From Gemmatimonadota bacterium (lineage in GTDB: Bacteria > Latescibacterota > UBA2968 > UBA8231), in contig JAYPJE010000058.1 in assembly GCA_038128265.1 (NCBI GenBank), positions 1 to 19,052 of the forward strand: a stretch of DNA of 19,052 nt. The letters are read 5' to 3'. The notes beneath the pieces are model-generated. The model did no database searches, was not told the origin of the DNA, and saw only the letters and a program-made list of their open reading frames with translations. The position numbers were made by a program, and so were the translations under genes. Below are positions 18,633-19,052 of the stretch, one piece after another (within the stretch, counting starts at the first letter, position 1; each line of letters starts with the position of its first letter).

Positions 18633-19052
18633 TTACTCACCTTCGTGGTGCTCACCCTCGTGATGCTCGCCCTCGTGGGTTCCACCTTCGTGGTGCTCAC
18701 CCTCGTGATGCTCGCCCTCGTGATGCTCGCCCTCGTGATGCTCGCCTTCGTGGGTTCCACCTTCGTGGTGCTCGCCCTCGTGATGCTCGCCCTCGTGATG
18801 CTCGCCCTCGTGGGTTCCACCTTCGTGGTGCTCACCTTCGTGGTGCTCGCCTTCGTGGTGCTCCAGGTGTCCGGCCTCTTCGGCGTGGGCATCCATCTCT
18901 TCGCTAGTTTCGAAGTGTAGGTCGCAGATCTGGCAGTACCAGCCATCGTGATGGTCGAGGTGTCCGGCTTCTTCGGCGTGGGCATCCATCTCTTCCCGGG
19001 TCTCGAAGTGCAGGTCGCAGATCTGGCAGTACCAGCCATCCGCATGCCCGCC
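18633..19052 (-). CDS. Hypothetical protein C-terminus with two tandem C2H2-type zinc fingers and a His/Glu-rich pentapeptide tail (5'-truncated)
   Basis: The frame is open to the window end: GGHA-DGWYCQICDLHFETREEMDAHAEEAGHLDHH-DGWYCQICDLHFETSEEMDAHAEEAGHL-(EHHEG/GTHEG)x15-E, then TAA TAA. Differences between repeat copies are mostly synonymous in this frame, and a terminator follows. Confidence 0.85.
   Translation of the reverse strand, partial: GGHADGWYCQICDLHFETREEMDAHAEEAGHLDHHDGWYCQICDLHFETSEEMDAHAEEAGHLEHHEGEHHEGEHHEGGTHEGEHHEGEHHEGEHHEGGTHEGEHHEGEHHEGEHHEGEHHEGGTHEGEHHEGEHHEGE
18639..18863 (-). repeat. 15 x 15-nt coding tandem repeat (12 EHHEG + 3 GTHEG)
   Basis: Units GAGCAYCACGARGGY and GGAACCCACGARGGC arranged 3-1-3-1-4-1-2. 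Confidence 0.95.
18855..19040 (-). repeat. Two 93-nt tandem copies encoding the zinc-finger module
   Basis: Copies at 19040-18948 and 18947-18855 differ at 8 of 31 codons: 6 synonymous, plus R/S and D/E. Confidence 0.92.

Noticed and set aside
18639..18863. Tandem repeats as a CRISPR array or non-coding VNTR
   Set aside because: The 15-nt units are contiguous with no unique spacers, variation is synonymous in one reading frame, and no cas genes are present.
18605..19045. Alternative ORFs over the repeat (minus-strand TRASI/TKVST frame; plus-strand VMLAL frame 18645-18920)
   Set aside because: Unit differences are non-synonymous in the alternative minus frame, and the plus-strand ORF is just the antisense mirror of the repeat. 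The His/zinc-finger frame has recognisable motifs, a double stop and a terminator.

Overview
GC-rich bacterial window (roughly 60% GC by eye) with 15 protein-coding genes, two of them cut by the window edges. No rRNA, tRNA, CRISPR or mobile element was seen. Most genes look catabolic or accessory: PL1 pectate lyase, a five-bladed beta-propeller glycosidase-like protein, a secreted GH18 with a FlgD/T9SS-like Ig tail, a CNNM/CBS membrane protein, an Eis-like GNAT, a large metzincin protease, a CPBP intramembrane protease, a secreted EF-hand protein ending in 'SAVEAASWGRIKASYR', a mandelate-racemase-family dehydratase, a uronate-dehydrogenase-like SDR, a PhyH-type dioxygenase, an FAD oxidoreductase, a sodium:solute symporter and an MBL-fold lipoprotein. 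The gene mix and the two C-terminal sorting-type tails suggest an FCB-superphylum organism such as Ca. Latescibacterota (inference only). The most unusual element is at the right edge: a 5'-truncated minus-strand gene with two tandem canonical-spacing but acidic C2H2 zinc fingers, followed by a 15-unit EHHEG/GTHEG His-Glu array and a clear intrinsic terminator. It is a candidate new metal-binding or metal-storage protein.
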